A stretch of DNA of 46,312 nt, taken from IMG/VR virus record IMGVR_UViG_3300037183_000048, positions 1-46,312 of that record, one strand, 5' to 3'. Below are positions 16,758-25,377 of the stretch, piece after piece. Source of the stretch: a virus (taxonomy: Duplodnaviria; Caudoviricetes). The notes under the pieces are model-generated. The model was not told the origin of the DNA and made no database searches. It was given only the letters and a program-made list of their open reading frames with translations. Within the stretch, counting starts at the first letter, position 1. Each line of letters opens with the position of its first letter. The translations under genes were made by a program, and so were the position numbers.

Positions 16758-17575
16758 GCCTGCTCGAATCTGCTCCCGCCGCTGACAGTGCCAGGGATCC
16801 AGGTGCCAGTGCAGCCCGCCGCTAGGCTGATGTGGGCGTTGTTCAATTGGTTCACCGCCCGCGCATCGATGGCAGTCACGGCAACACCCAGCTTCACGAC
16901 GAAGTCGGAGAACCCGATGGTGCCGCCGTCGCAGGTCATGTTGGTGATGTCCATGACGCTGGACGCGTTCGTTACGATCGATAGCCCGATCGCGGCTTGC
17001 GTGGCTCCATTCGCAACAAACGAAACGCCGTCCAGCGACAACCCCGTCGACACGCCGCCTGACCCCCAGCGAATCGCTGCTGTAGTGTCGAGTGCCCCCA
17101 TCTCGAAATAGCAGTTCTCGATGTCCGTCGGCGCCGTCGTGGTCACGTCAACGCGGGCATTCGTCGCGGTGGTGGTCGAGGCGGGGAAGTACAACCCCGA
17201 CAGCAGAATGCCACCCTGGGAGATCACGAAGCAGCCGCCGGTGGTAGCGCACGTGAATTTGGCTGCGTTGGTGCCAGTTCCCTCGCTTACAAACGACAGC
17301 CCCAGCTTGTTAGCCGTGACCGCAGCGGCTAGGTTCTCGACGTGTCCCGACAGGAACACGATCGTGTCGCCAGCAACGGCGTTGGTTACGGCCTGGTTGG
17401 CGGTTGCAAGCGGCTTCGCGCGATCTTCGCCACGTGGAGACGCAGCGTCAGAGCCGATTAGCGATGAGACATACCAAGCGTGTCCACCGTTAAGCTGCCA
17501 CGTAGGTTTCGTAGTCGCAATCGAGGAACCGGAGGTCCCCCCGAAACCGTTGCTGTAGAGCGTAGGACTTGCCAT
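16754..17575 (-). CDS. Beta-helix virion spike/decoration-like protein
   Basis: WYVSS..GSD...GEDRAKPLATANQAV...AGDTIVFLSGHVE motif; paralogous to the next gene. Confidence 0.7.
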   Translation of the reverse strand: MASPTLYSNGFGGTSGSSIATTKPTWQLNGGHAWYVSSLIGSDAASPRGEDRAKPLATANQAVTNAVAGDTIVFLSGHVENLAAAVTANKLGLSFVSEGTGTNAAKFTCATTGGCFVISQGGILLSGLYFPASTTTATNARVDVTTTAPTDIENCYFEMGALDTTAAIRWGSGGVSTGLSLDGVSFVANGATQAAIGLSIVTNASSVMDITNMTCDGGTIGFSDFVVKLGVAVTAIDARAVNQLNNAHISLAAGCTGTWIPGTVSGGSRFEQA

Positions 17576-17615
17576 TTATTCCTCCGGGCCAGCCCGGGGC
17601 AAGCCCGACTGTCAC

Positions 17616-18608
17616 TTAGGTGGAGATCGGCGTAATCGCGATGCCCTGCTTGCCGATGGTACCGCCGAAGTTCTGGAACATGTTCCAGTTTCCAGGGGTA
17701 TTAATTGCCGTAGCGCCGCCCGAACCATTCTGTAGACCAAGGTAGTTCTCGGCCACGGTTCCAGTGCAATTCGCAACGCCCTTTAGCGCCACCGTTGAGC
17801 TTGCGGTCTTGTTGATGAACAAGTTTCCGTAGATGTTCCAGTCAGCGGGCGCGGTGCCGCTGTTGGCGGTCAAATCCACGCAGCCGCCGGTGGTGGCCGA
17901 AAGCAACGCCTGGATGTTGTTGTTCGCGATGGTGATTCGGTTAGCTCCAACAGTTCCCGTCGGCGCCATCCAAGAGGTTGGAGTACCAGTGACGGTATCT
18001 CCGGTGTTCCAAGCGATCATGCAGTCGCTAGCTGCCGAGGAGGTGGAAATGCCAGTCGTCGCAAGAGCAGTCGCAGACGATGACAAGTTGAACCGATTGC
18101 TCAGTACCTTGCATCCGGCCGCAGTTACCGTAACCATGGCCGCCGTGGTAGTCGTTCCCGTTTGCGGGCAGAGCAGAATCATGTTCTCGATGGTCGAGCC
18201 CTGGTTGGCCAGGGCAATCGTCGAAGCAGCTGCCGTGAAGGTCAGCGTCGGGCGAGCAGTTGACTGCCCCTCCCCGATGATCCGCACGCCAGCCTGAATC
18301 ACCTGAGCGCCGGTGTTGGGGCCAGTGGAAGAGGTCCCGCTGAACACGTTCGACGCCGTGACGTTCTCAGCGTGACCGCTGAGCACGAAAATCACATCGC
18401 CCTGGTTCCCGTTGGTGCCAACCACTCGGGCGAGCGCATCGGCAATCGACACAAACGGCGCGTTTCGCGAGGTGCCGTCGCCGTTGACGACGCCGGTTCG
18501 GTTGCAAACGAACCAGACGTTCCCCGTGGGCATGTCGTAGACGCTGCCCTGCCCAAACAGCGGGATGCCGAATGAGGTTTGGCCGCCGGGATAGTTGGTA
18601 AGTGGCAT
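17616..18608 (-). CDS. Beta-helix virion spike/decoration-like protein directly after MCP
   Basis: LTNYPGG..SFGIP N-terminus; GDGTSRNAPFVSIADAL...GDVIFVLSGHAE; IIGEG..RPTLTF. Confidence 0.7.
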   Translation of the reverse strand: MPLTNYPGGQTSFGIPLFGQGSVYDMPTGNVWFVCNRTGVVNGDGTSRNAPFVSIADALARVVGTNGNQGDVIFVLSGHAENVTASNVFSGTSSTGPNTGAQVIQAGVRIIGEGQSTARPTLTFTAAASTIALANQGSTIENMILLCPQTGTTTTAAMVTVTAAGCKVLSNRFNLSSSATALATTGISTSSAASDCMIAWNTGDTVTGTPTSWMAPTGTVGANRITIANNNIQALLSATTGGCVDLTANSGTAPADWNIYGNLFINKTASSTVALKGVANCTGTVAENYLGLQNGSGGATAINTPGNWNMFQNFGGTIGKQGIAITPIST

Positions 18609-18617
18609 CGGTGCTCC

Positions 18618-19514
18618 TTAGACTGCGTTCGAACCGTAGATGCCGCGACCGTCGATGCAGCCCCAGTAGGCGCGGAACCGAGAGATAAACAGCGCCTGGG
18701 TGAGCATGTCGACGTTATCCCGCATGAACTGCGGTTTCACGCGCCACTTCCAGAACAACCCATCATCGGCGTTCGTCTTCACGAAGTACCGCGTATTGGA
18801 TCCGAGGTAGTTGAACACGATGGGCTCGAACTTCCCGGCGATGAAAGAGCGGTCGTTGTTGGCAGAACCAACCTGGAGCTGCGTCGACGCAAGCTTCCAG
18901 GCCAGAGGGCCAAGGGCCGCCGGCACAATCAGTTTCTCAGGCTGAAGCGGCATGATCATGCCGTCAGTCCAGGGGATGACCGCCAGGTTCTGGAAAATCT
19001 GCTCTAGCGCAAACTCACTCAGCGAGTACGGCGTAGCGAGCTGATTCGAGTACGTCCCGCCCTTGGGAATGGTGTGGGCGGTGTTGCAGAGCGACAGGTT
19101 GTCGCCGAGCGCCGGGTACGAGGTGTTAAACGCGCGGTCAAGGAACTGAGCCGCCAAGTACTCAGGAGTCAGCTTCCCGCCTCGACCAAGGGCCTTCGCC
19201 GCCGTCTTGATAGCGCCGTACTTCGTGTCCTCGACCGCTTCGAGCGAAATCTCGATGGCGGTGGCGAACGTCTGCGCGGCCCAGCGCTTGTTGACTCCCT
19301 GGATGATCTGGTCAGCCACAATCCGGTCGTTCTCCGGCTTGTAGGTGTACGTCCCAGGGCCGCCGTACTCTACAGCGTCGAGAATCGGCTCCTCGGTGGA
19401 TTCGGTGTCGAAAATCTTGTCGAAGATCGATTCCCCATCTCCGGAGGCAAGCCCCCAGAAGTGGCGGACCACCGGTTCGATGCTTTTGTAGATTGAGGCT
19501 GAATTCATTGGCAT
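18618..19514 (-). CDS. Major capsid protein (HK97 fold, Mu gpT-like family)
   Basis: 298 aa; ISLEAVED..Y, D..SLCNTAH, PEKLIVPAAL, NYL, R..WGCIDGRGIYGS. Confidence 0.85.
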   Translation of the reverse strand: MPMNSASIYKSIEPVVRHFWGLASGDGESIFDKIFDTESTEEPILDAVEYGGPGTYTYKPENDRIVADQIIQGVNKRWAAQTFATAIEISLEAVEDTKYGAIKTAAKALGRGGKLTPEYLAAQFLDRAFNTSYPALGDNLSLCNTAHTIPKGGTYSNQLATPYSLSEFALEQIFQNLAVIPWTDGMIMPLQPEKLIVPAALGPLAWKLASTQLQVGSANNDRSFIAGKFEPIVFNYLGSNTRYFVKTNADDGLFWKWRVKPQFMRDNVDMLTQALFISRFRAYWGCIDGRGIYGSNAV

Positions 19515-19529
19515 GGAAGCGAACTCCTG

Positions 19530-20060
19530 TTATGGGACGGCGACGATAGAAACCATTCCGCTCATCGTGCAGGCCCAGTCGGCCGCGAGCGAGGCGGGGC
19601 CTTGAAGCATAATTCGAAGGTCATAGTATCCCGCAGAATAATTGGTATTGCTTTTCTCGATGATGTACATGTCGGCGCCGCTCATTGAAGCCGGGCCAAA
19701 CGCAACCTCAACACGGTCCGATACGGTTACAAAATGGCCAGAGACTCGCTTCTCAATGAAGCGCTTCTGAACGAATCTAGTCCCATCGGTTGAGGTCGCC
19801 CAGCACTTTGCCACGATATCTACAATGGTTCCATCAACCACGTCGTTAGTGTGGCAGGCATCGCTTCCGCCAAAGGCGAAGACACCACCGCTGCCGCCGC
19901 CGTAGCTATTCACGGCACCGGCAGACGTATGGCCGCCAGCCGAAGGATCTACCAAATACGACTCTCCGGCCCATCGCTGGCATGCCTGCGTGGTGGCCTC
20001 TGCGCCGCCTTCGCAAACGCAGAGGGCAGTCAGTGAGGCGACCGTAGCGAACCATTTCAT
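19530..20060 (-). CDS. Hypothetical protein with signal-peptide-like N-terminus, inserted before MCP
   Basis: MKWFATVASLTALCVCEGGAEA; TAATG-coupled to the upstream gene. Confidence 0.55.
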   Translation of the reverse strand: MKWFATVASLTALCVCEGGAEATTQACQRWAGESYLVDPSAGGHTSAGAVNSYGGGSGGVFAFGGSDACHTNDVVDGTIVDIVAKCWATSTDGTRFVQKRFIEKRVSGHFVTVSDRVEVAFGPASMSGADMYIIEKSNTNYSAGYYDLRIMLQGPASLAADWACTMSGMVSIVAVP

Positions 20061-20671
20061 TACGGTACGCCCACCGCACCAGCGGAAGCAGGAGGAACCT
20101 TGGTAACGTTGATTTGAACCACGTAGTCACCAGCGGCCAAGGTCATGTCGTTCAGCACATTGTGCTTGAAGTCCATAATAGCAAAATCTAGGCCGGCGGT
20201 GTTCGCAAGGCCAACGTCGTTGATCTTATGACCGCTGAGGCCAGTCGTAGTCGATCCGGCGTTGGCGATAAAATTCGCATTCAACGTCAAATCAGCTAGC
20301 GATGCAGCTCCCGCGTTGCGCTCTGCCACGTACCGGACGTTCAACGGATCGGCGACGACGTAGATGAACGACTGGTCCGTCTCACCGTAGGTATCGAAAG
20401 CGGTGGACGAGTAGGTCGTATTCGCGGGCAGGAAGGTGCTCTCTTTGCGGACAAGCTGTCCAGGGTCGTAGTAGCTAGCACCCTGTGACACGCCAGAGAC
20501 TCCAGCGCCAGCGGTCGCGAGACCCCAAACGCCGGCCGCAGTGCGGGTGACGCAGTCGCCGAGGAAAATGGCGGTGCCGTTATTCGAAACGACGCGCACG
20601 CGCTTGGTCTGCGTAGCAGTAGCGCCCTGGTTATGCTCCGGCCAGAAACCACCACGAGTCAGATTAGCCAT
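20060..20671 (-). CDS. Capsid-associated (decoration/cement) protein
   Basis: GFWP...TAIFLGDCV...GSTTTGLSG pattern typical of the gene preceding this MCP type. Confidence 0.65.
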   Translation of the reverse strand: MANLTRGGFWPEHNQGATATQTKRVRVVSNNGTAIFLGDCVTRTAAGVWGLATAGAGVSGVSQGASYYDPGQLVRKESTFLPANTTYSSTAFDTYGETDQSFIYVVADPLNVRYVAERNAGAASLADLTLNANFIANAGSTTTGLSGHKINDVGLANTAGLDFAIMDFKHNVLNDMTLAAGDYVVQINVTKVPPASAGAVGVP

Positions 20672-20683
20672 GTTCGAATTCTC

Positions 20684-21238
20684 CTACTGATTTCCTGCGA
20701 ATTTACCCATGAGCTTCGACTCCTGGGCGCTGTATTCCTCGGTGCCTTGCTTCCCCATCAAAGACGGGTGAGGAGCGAACGGGGCATTCGCCACCGTCGC
20801 CACATCGTCAATTCTCGATTCGATTCCACCGCGCATGAGCCGATGCTCCATCGCGTCCGGAACGGCGTCCTTCTCATGAAGAAGCAACGCATGGTCGTCG
20901 AGCGGGATACGCATGAGCACGTGAGGCCCCATGGTCATTGCCGTATCAATCGGGTTCGCCACGTCGGGGCGGCTTCCAAGCATCTCGACGCCTTCGCCCT
21001 CTTGGCAAACCGTCCACCCCGTCACGCGCTGATTCTTCCCGGTGGCGCGGTTGTAGACGGTCTTCGACTTCGTGCGGTCGGTGACTTCTTCCTTCCGCAT
21101 GAACTGGTAAGCGAAGGCAGGATCCTGCCCGTCGAGCTTATCGGTGTTCCACCCCTGCTGAACCGAGGCAATGTCAGCGTCAACGCGCTGCTTGCTGCCT
21201 ACCAGGTTCTTGGGATTACCCTTGGGATTGTTGGCCAT
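20684..21238 (-). CDS. Conserved head-module protein
   Basis: PAFAYQF...GW..C...VLMRIP pattern; lies between scaffold and decoration genes. Confidence 0.55.
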   Translation of the reverse strand: MANNPKGNPKNLVGSKQRVDADIASVQQGWNTDKLDGQDPAFAYQFMRKEEVTDRTKSKTVYNRATGKNQRVTGWTVCQEGEGVEMLGSRPDVANPIDTAMTMGPHVLMRIPLDDHALLLHEKDAVPDAMEHRLMRGGIESRIDDVATVANAPFAPHPSLMGKQGTEEYSAQESKLMGKFAGNQ

Positions 21239-21374
21239 TCATCATTCACCGTCACTTTTCACGAGGTCGACTTGTGACAGAATCGACTCGGGCTTTGATG
21301 GTGGCCCACCTCTTACGAGGGGCTGTGGCCTTGGAATAAGCAAACCCCATCGCACGGGGGTTGTCAAACAAAAA

Positions 21375-22214
21375 TCACTTCTCTTCGGGATAGCTTTCCT
21401 TCCAAGCCTTAACGGCCTGTGCTTTCGTCATCCCTGCCTTCGACGCCATTTCCATGTAACTGCGCGGAACGGTTACCTTATCAGAGTCACCTCCGCCGCT
21501 CGGTCGACTGCGAACGCTGGTCGAGGTGACGCCCGAAAAAAGTTGCTGTCGCTGGGCGTTTTGTGCTCGCGAAACCGGCTGACCACCGCCGATCTCCTGT
21601 CGCGCTCGCTGAAACATCTTGTGGAGCTTGTCGGGGCCGAACTCGCCAGGAATCACCGTCTCGAACGCAGCCGCGAAGCGCTGACCATTAGGATTCGTCA
21701 TCACGTCGGGGTATTGGCCCTCGACAGCGCGAACCCAATCAGGCTTCTGGAAAGCGCTCTGCGCGGGTTGCGGAATGCTCGCAATAGCCTGCTTCACCTG
21801 CAATTGGTGAATGGCGTCCGAATGCTCATGGTAGGCGTCGAGGTCAGACTTAGCCAATGCGCTGACACGCTCTTTGTTGTGGCGCTTGATCTGATCTTCA
21901 AGAGATTCCGTCTGCGTAGTCGGAGCGGGTTGCTGTCGCTGCTGCGCGAGCAATTCCAGCATCGCTCGGGTCTGCGCAACTTCTCCCTGAGTGCGTTCCC
22001 ATTTCTCCTTGTATTCATCAGCGGCCTTGGCGCGGGCCTCCAATTCAGCAAGGCGCGCGTCACGTTCCTGCTGCTGCTGCTTTCGTCGAGACACTTGCAG
22101 GGTGACCTGCGGCTCGCCTGCATCTCCATCTTCGCCGTTCTCGGCGGCTTCAACCTCTTCGACTACTTCGTCGGGAAGTTCGTCATCCTTCTTTGCTTCG
22201 TTTGAAAGTGCCAT
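21375..22214 (-). CDS. Scaffolding protein
   Basis: Acidic N-terminus, coiled coil, C-terminal MASKAGMT helix; position. Confidence 0.7.
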   Translation of the reverse strand: MALSNEAKKDDELPDEVVEEVEAAENGEDGDAGEPQVTLQVSRRKQQQQERDARLAELEARAKAADEYKEKWERTQGEVAQTRAMLELLAQQRQQPAPTTQTESLEDQIKRHNKERVSALAKSDLDAYHEHSDAIHQLQVKQAIASIPQPAQSAFQKPDWVRAVEGQYPDVMTNPNGQRFAAAFETVIPGEFGPDKLHKMFQRARQEIGGGQPVSRAQNAQRQQLFSGVTSTSVRSRPSGGGDSDKVTVPRSYMEMASKAGMTKAQAVKAWKESYPEEK

Positions 22215-22669
22215 TACGCTACCTCCTCGATCTTACGTCCAACTTCTTCGAAAAACCGATATCGTTCTTTGCCGTCCAATTCGGTGTGCAAATCAATGCC
22301 TATGCTTCCGACCTGGATTTTATCAGCCAATTCAGCACACCCGTATATGTCCTTGACGTTAATGATATCGACCCTCTCTGTGCGTACGGTGCCAGCAGGA
22401 CGCCATTCCCAGGCCACTCCCGAATATTTCCCGATACAGACCGTATCGCCGACAGAAATGCAGGCGTCGCGTAGAACGTCCATGGCCAATGGCCCAGCGG
22501 CAATGACAGTCGCATACAAATTCCTTTCTCTGTCAAGCCCCGGGATCACCAAACCACCGACCATTTCCTCCGCAACGTCGCATCGCTCGACCACAACGCG
22601 ATCGCCTACTGGGTACATTGGGATCTTCGCGCCGCTGCGGACGACTGGGTTATTGAGCGCTGGCCGCAT
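22214..22669 (-). CDS. groES: GroES/Cpn10 co-chaperonin
   Basis: PVGDRVVVE, GGLVIP, VIAAGP, VGDTVCIGKYSG, IINVKDI; RBS AAGGAG. Confidence 0.9.
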   Translation of the reverse strand: MRPALNNPVVRSGAKIPMYPVGDRVVVERCDVAEEMVGGLVIPGLDRERNLYATVIAAGPLAMDVLRDACISVGDTVCIGKYSGVAWEWRPAGTVRTERVDIINVKDIYGCAELADKIQVGSIGIDLHTELDGKERYRFFEEVGRKIEEVA

Positions 22670-22964
22670 TTTTCTTTCTCCTTCGTGGGTCAACAAACGT
22701 CGTATCGGTTTGCGGGACTTCTGGTTCTACGCGCCGTTCGGTACACGCGCCCATAACCCCTTGGAGTTGAGCCGCACCACCAGCGAATGCTGAAGACGCG
22801 GGATACTCCCCCGTGGTTGCGCGATAGACGGTCTCGATTTCGCATCGTCTAATGCGCGCCTGGAGGTCCGCCAGGAACAGGCGGGTTGTTGGCTGGTCCC
22901 GCCATTCCGACAGGTCCGCCTCCTTGAGATCCTGGAATTGGAGAATTCGATCCGTTTCTTGCAT
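22650..22964 (-). CDS. Small conserved post-portal protein overlapping the portal 3' end
   Basis: EWRDQPTTRLFL motif; GAGG before ATG at 22964. Confidence 0.6.
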   Translation of the reverse strand: MQETDRILQFQDLKEADLSEWRDQPTTRLFLADLQARIRRCEIETVYRATTGEYPASSAFAGGAAQLQGVMGACTERRVEPEVPQTDTTFVDPRRRKKNAASAQ

Positions 22965-25146
22965 TGGCTGCCTCGTTGTGGATTTTCTGTGCAACGTGAT
23001 TTCGCGCATGCTGATCCAGGGCGTTCATTTGCTCCGGTGTCATTGCGTGAGATTCGGGAGACTGCTTGAAAGCTGCGATCTTCTGGAGGTGATCGTCGGG
23101 ATTGTCGGCGGGATTGACGGGCGGGTTCTGCCCCTCCAGAAAAGCCGCGTTCTCGTCGTGCTGGTCCATCGGAGGTGGAGGCGGCGGCGGAACTGGATCC
23201 AGGAGCGGAATCAAATCCACCATGTCGGCAGCATGGAACTGGCGCTCTGTCAATGCCCTGATGATCTTCGGGTTGTTGGCGGTCATCGGGTTCTGCATGG
23301 CCTTCGCCAGTGCAGCGTCGGCGTCCGCAATACGATCCTCGCGCGATGTGATTCGCGGATCGGCGGCAGGGTACACGCGACTGTCGGCGATGAAGTCTGC
23401 CCGGCTGATTGGAATCTGCGTCGGCTGACCGTCTTTCGTCATGACCTGAGACTGCCCAGCTTCGTCGAGGAACACAGAGAACAAACGCCACAACATGTCG
23501 GCGTCGTTCTTCATGTACGAGATCACGCGCGAGCCAAGAATCGTGATTTGCTTCTGCGCAGCCTGATTTCGCAGTACCGCAGCCTTCGCGGTCTCATTGG
23601 CACCAATCGGTTCGCCGCTGAGCGTATCACCGCTACCCGCCGTGCGTTGTGCCCATTGCTCGATTTGGTTCGAAATGCGGTCGAGGCCAGGATCGCCAGG
23701 GATTGCTGGGAACGACTGGAGCCCATCCTTCATCGCCGCCGGAGGAGCATCAATCTCGACGTATTGACCCGGCTGCATCGTGATTGGGCCACGATTGAAC
23801 CGCAACTGACGAGAAATGAACCCGCCGCGTGAGTTATTCACGGTGCCACGGTCGATATTCTGGTTGATAATGGTGTTCATCGCCTCATTGAGAGGACCGA
23901 CCATGTCGCCGTAGCCAAGGCCATAGAAACCCTCCGACGGGAACGCGCGGTAGTGCGTAAAGAACGTCACTTCGCGAATCTTGATAGGCTTCGGCTCAGG
24001 TACTGGATCTGGGGTCGGCAGAGGCACCAATTGCCCCGTCGCTTGGTCCATTGTCACGCCGCCGCTAGCCTCATGCTGCTGCACCTGCGACTGGTACGCC
24101 TGAAAAGCAGCGTCTTCCTTCTGGAAGCGAACCGCATCCTTCGGACTGGGCTCCTCGCGCAATACGATGCGAAGCACCTTCTCGGACTCGGCATCTACCC
24201 AAACGATCGCGGCGTGGGGCTTGCCGTCGAGCTTCGGGTTCTTGGGATCCTTGGGCAGTTTCAGCCATCGAATGTGCTGTTCCAGCACCTGGCGTGGCTC
24301 ATTCTCGTCGTCGTCGCTGCCGGACTTCTCTTGCCCCGAAATCTCATTGACTACTTCCTTGAATTCAGATCCCGAACCGCTCTGCTTCAATTCTGCCTTG
24401 CCAGGCTTGATGTCTTCGGTATTGATGAAGAAACCTTCGTCGCCCTTGTCCTGAATCTCGAACCAGGACATCCAGCGAATGCGCGTGTAGCGGGGTACGC
24501 CCTTCATCTGCGGCGAAGTTGCCTTGGCATCGAACGGCACCACCATGTCGGCCGCCTTGATGCACTCGGGGACGATGCGCTCCTCTATGGGATCCCACAT
24601 GTAGCAACTGAATGAGCTGCCGTAAATTCCCATCTGGTAGAGCAATTCGTCGTAGACGTGAACGAATTCGGGCGTCTCGTGGCGAGCCCAGTAGTTGACG
24701 TGCATCTCGGTGCGATTGGCGCGGTCCAGCTCTTCGGGGCGCTGGTCCGTAGGTACAGAGTGGAAAATCTCACCCTTCGACGGAATGATCATGTCGTAAA
24801 GACGCCCCTGGATCTGAAGCACCGTATACGTCAGGATCGGGACGTTCACGTTGGCAGCGCGGTCGAATGGCCACGTCTTCGCGTGCATGACCGACGAATA
24901 CAGTTCCTGCCAGCGTTTAAGCCGCTGCATGTGCTTACTGCCAGAGTCAACGTCGGCGTCGAAGTCCTTGCACACTTTTGAACCGATCTTCTTCAGGTCG
25001 GCGGGTGACATCGTCTCGGCGAGATTGATTGACTCCGGGGCGCCCGACGCAGGGGCCATAGGCGAACGTGGCTTGGTGTCGTCAGACACCTCCATGATGT
25101 CGTCGTCTTCGACATCTACGTCCATTGGTCCGCCAAGAAGGTCCAT
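22849..25146 (-). CDS. Portal protein
   Basis: 765 aa after TerL; KTWPFDRAANVNVPILT, GFYGLGYG, PGQYVEID. Confidence 0.9.
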   Translation of the reverse strand: MDLLGGPMDVDVEDDDIMEVSDDTKPRSPMAPASGAPESINLAETMSPADLKKIGSKVCKDFDADVDSGSKHMQRLKRWQELYSSVMHAKTWPFDRAANVNVPILTYTVLQIQGRLYDMIIPSKGEIFHSVPTDQRPEELDRANRTEMHVNYWARHETPEFVHVYDELLYQMGIYGSSFSCYMWDPIEERIVPECIKAADMVVPFDAKATSPQMKGVPRYTRIRWMSWFEIQDKGDEGFFINTEDIKPGKAELKQSGSGSEFKEVVNEISGQEKSGSDDDENEPRQVLEQHIRWLKLPKDPKNPKLDGKPHAAIVWVDAESEKVLRIVLREEPSPKDAVRFQKEDAAFQAYQSQVQQHEASGGVTMDQATGQLVPLPTPDPVPEPKPIKIREVTFFTHYRAFPSEGFYGLGYGDMVGPLNEAMNTIINQNIDRGTVNNSRGGFISRQLRFNRGPITMQPGQYVEIDAPPAAMKDGLQSFPAIPGDPGLDRISNQIEQWAQRTAGSGDTLSGEPIGANETAKAAVLRNQAAQKQITILGSRVISYMKNDADMLWRLFSVFLDEAGQSQVMTKDGQPTQIPISRADFIADSRVYPAADPRITSREDRIADADAALAKAMQNPMTANNPKIIRALTERQFHAADMVDLIPLLDPVPPPPPPPMDQHDENAAFLEGQNPPVNPADNPDDHLQKIAAFKQSPESHAMTPEQMNALDQHARNHVAQKIHNEAANARNGSNSPIPGSQGGGPVGMAGPANNPPVPGGPPGAH

Positions 25147-25149
25147 CGG

Positions 25150-25368
25150 CTACTTTTTGGTTCGCTTGGTTCGCTTGGTAGTAATAGGAGTCACGTCGTC
25201 CAATGCATCGACAACCACATCCGCAGGCTGAACCTCGGAGACGGCATTGAACGAGTATCCGCCGCTAGCCTTGTACCGCTCTGATTCTGCCTCTGCCTCT
25301 TCGCGCGTGGCGAATGGTCCGAAAACCTGAGCACCGTACATCTGAGAATCTAGCCTTACTTCATACAT
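25150..25368 (-). CDS. Hypothetical protein
   Basis: 72 aa, RBS GGAG, GPFATREEAEA motif. Confidence 0.65.
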   Translation of the reverse strand: MYEVRLDSQMYGAQVFGPFATREEAEAESERYKASGGYSFNAVSEVQPADVVVDALDDVTPITTKRTKRTKK

Positions 25369-25377
25369 TGGAGTCTC

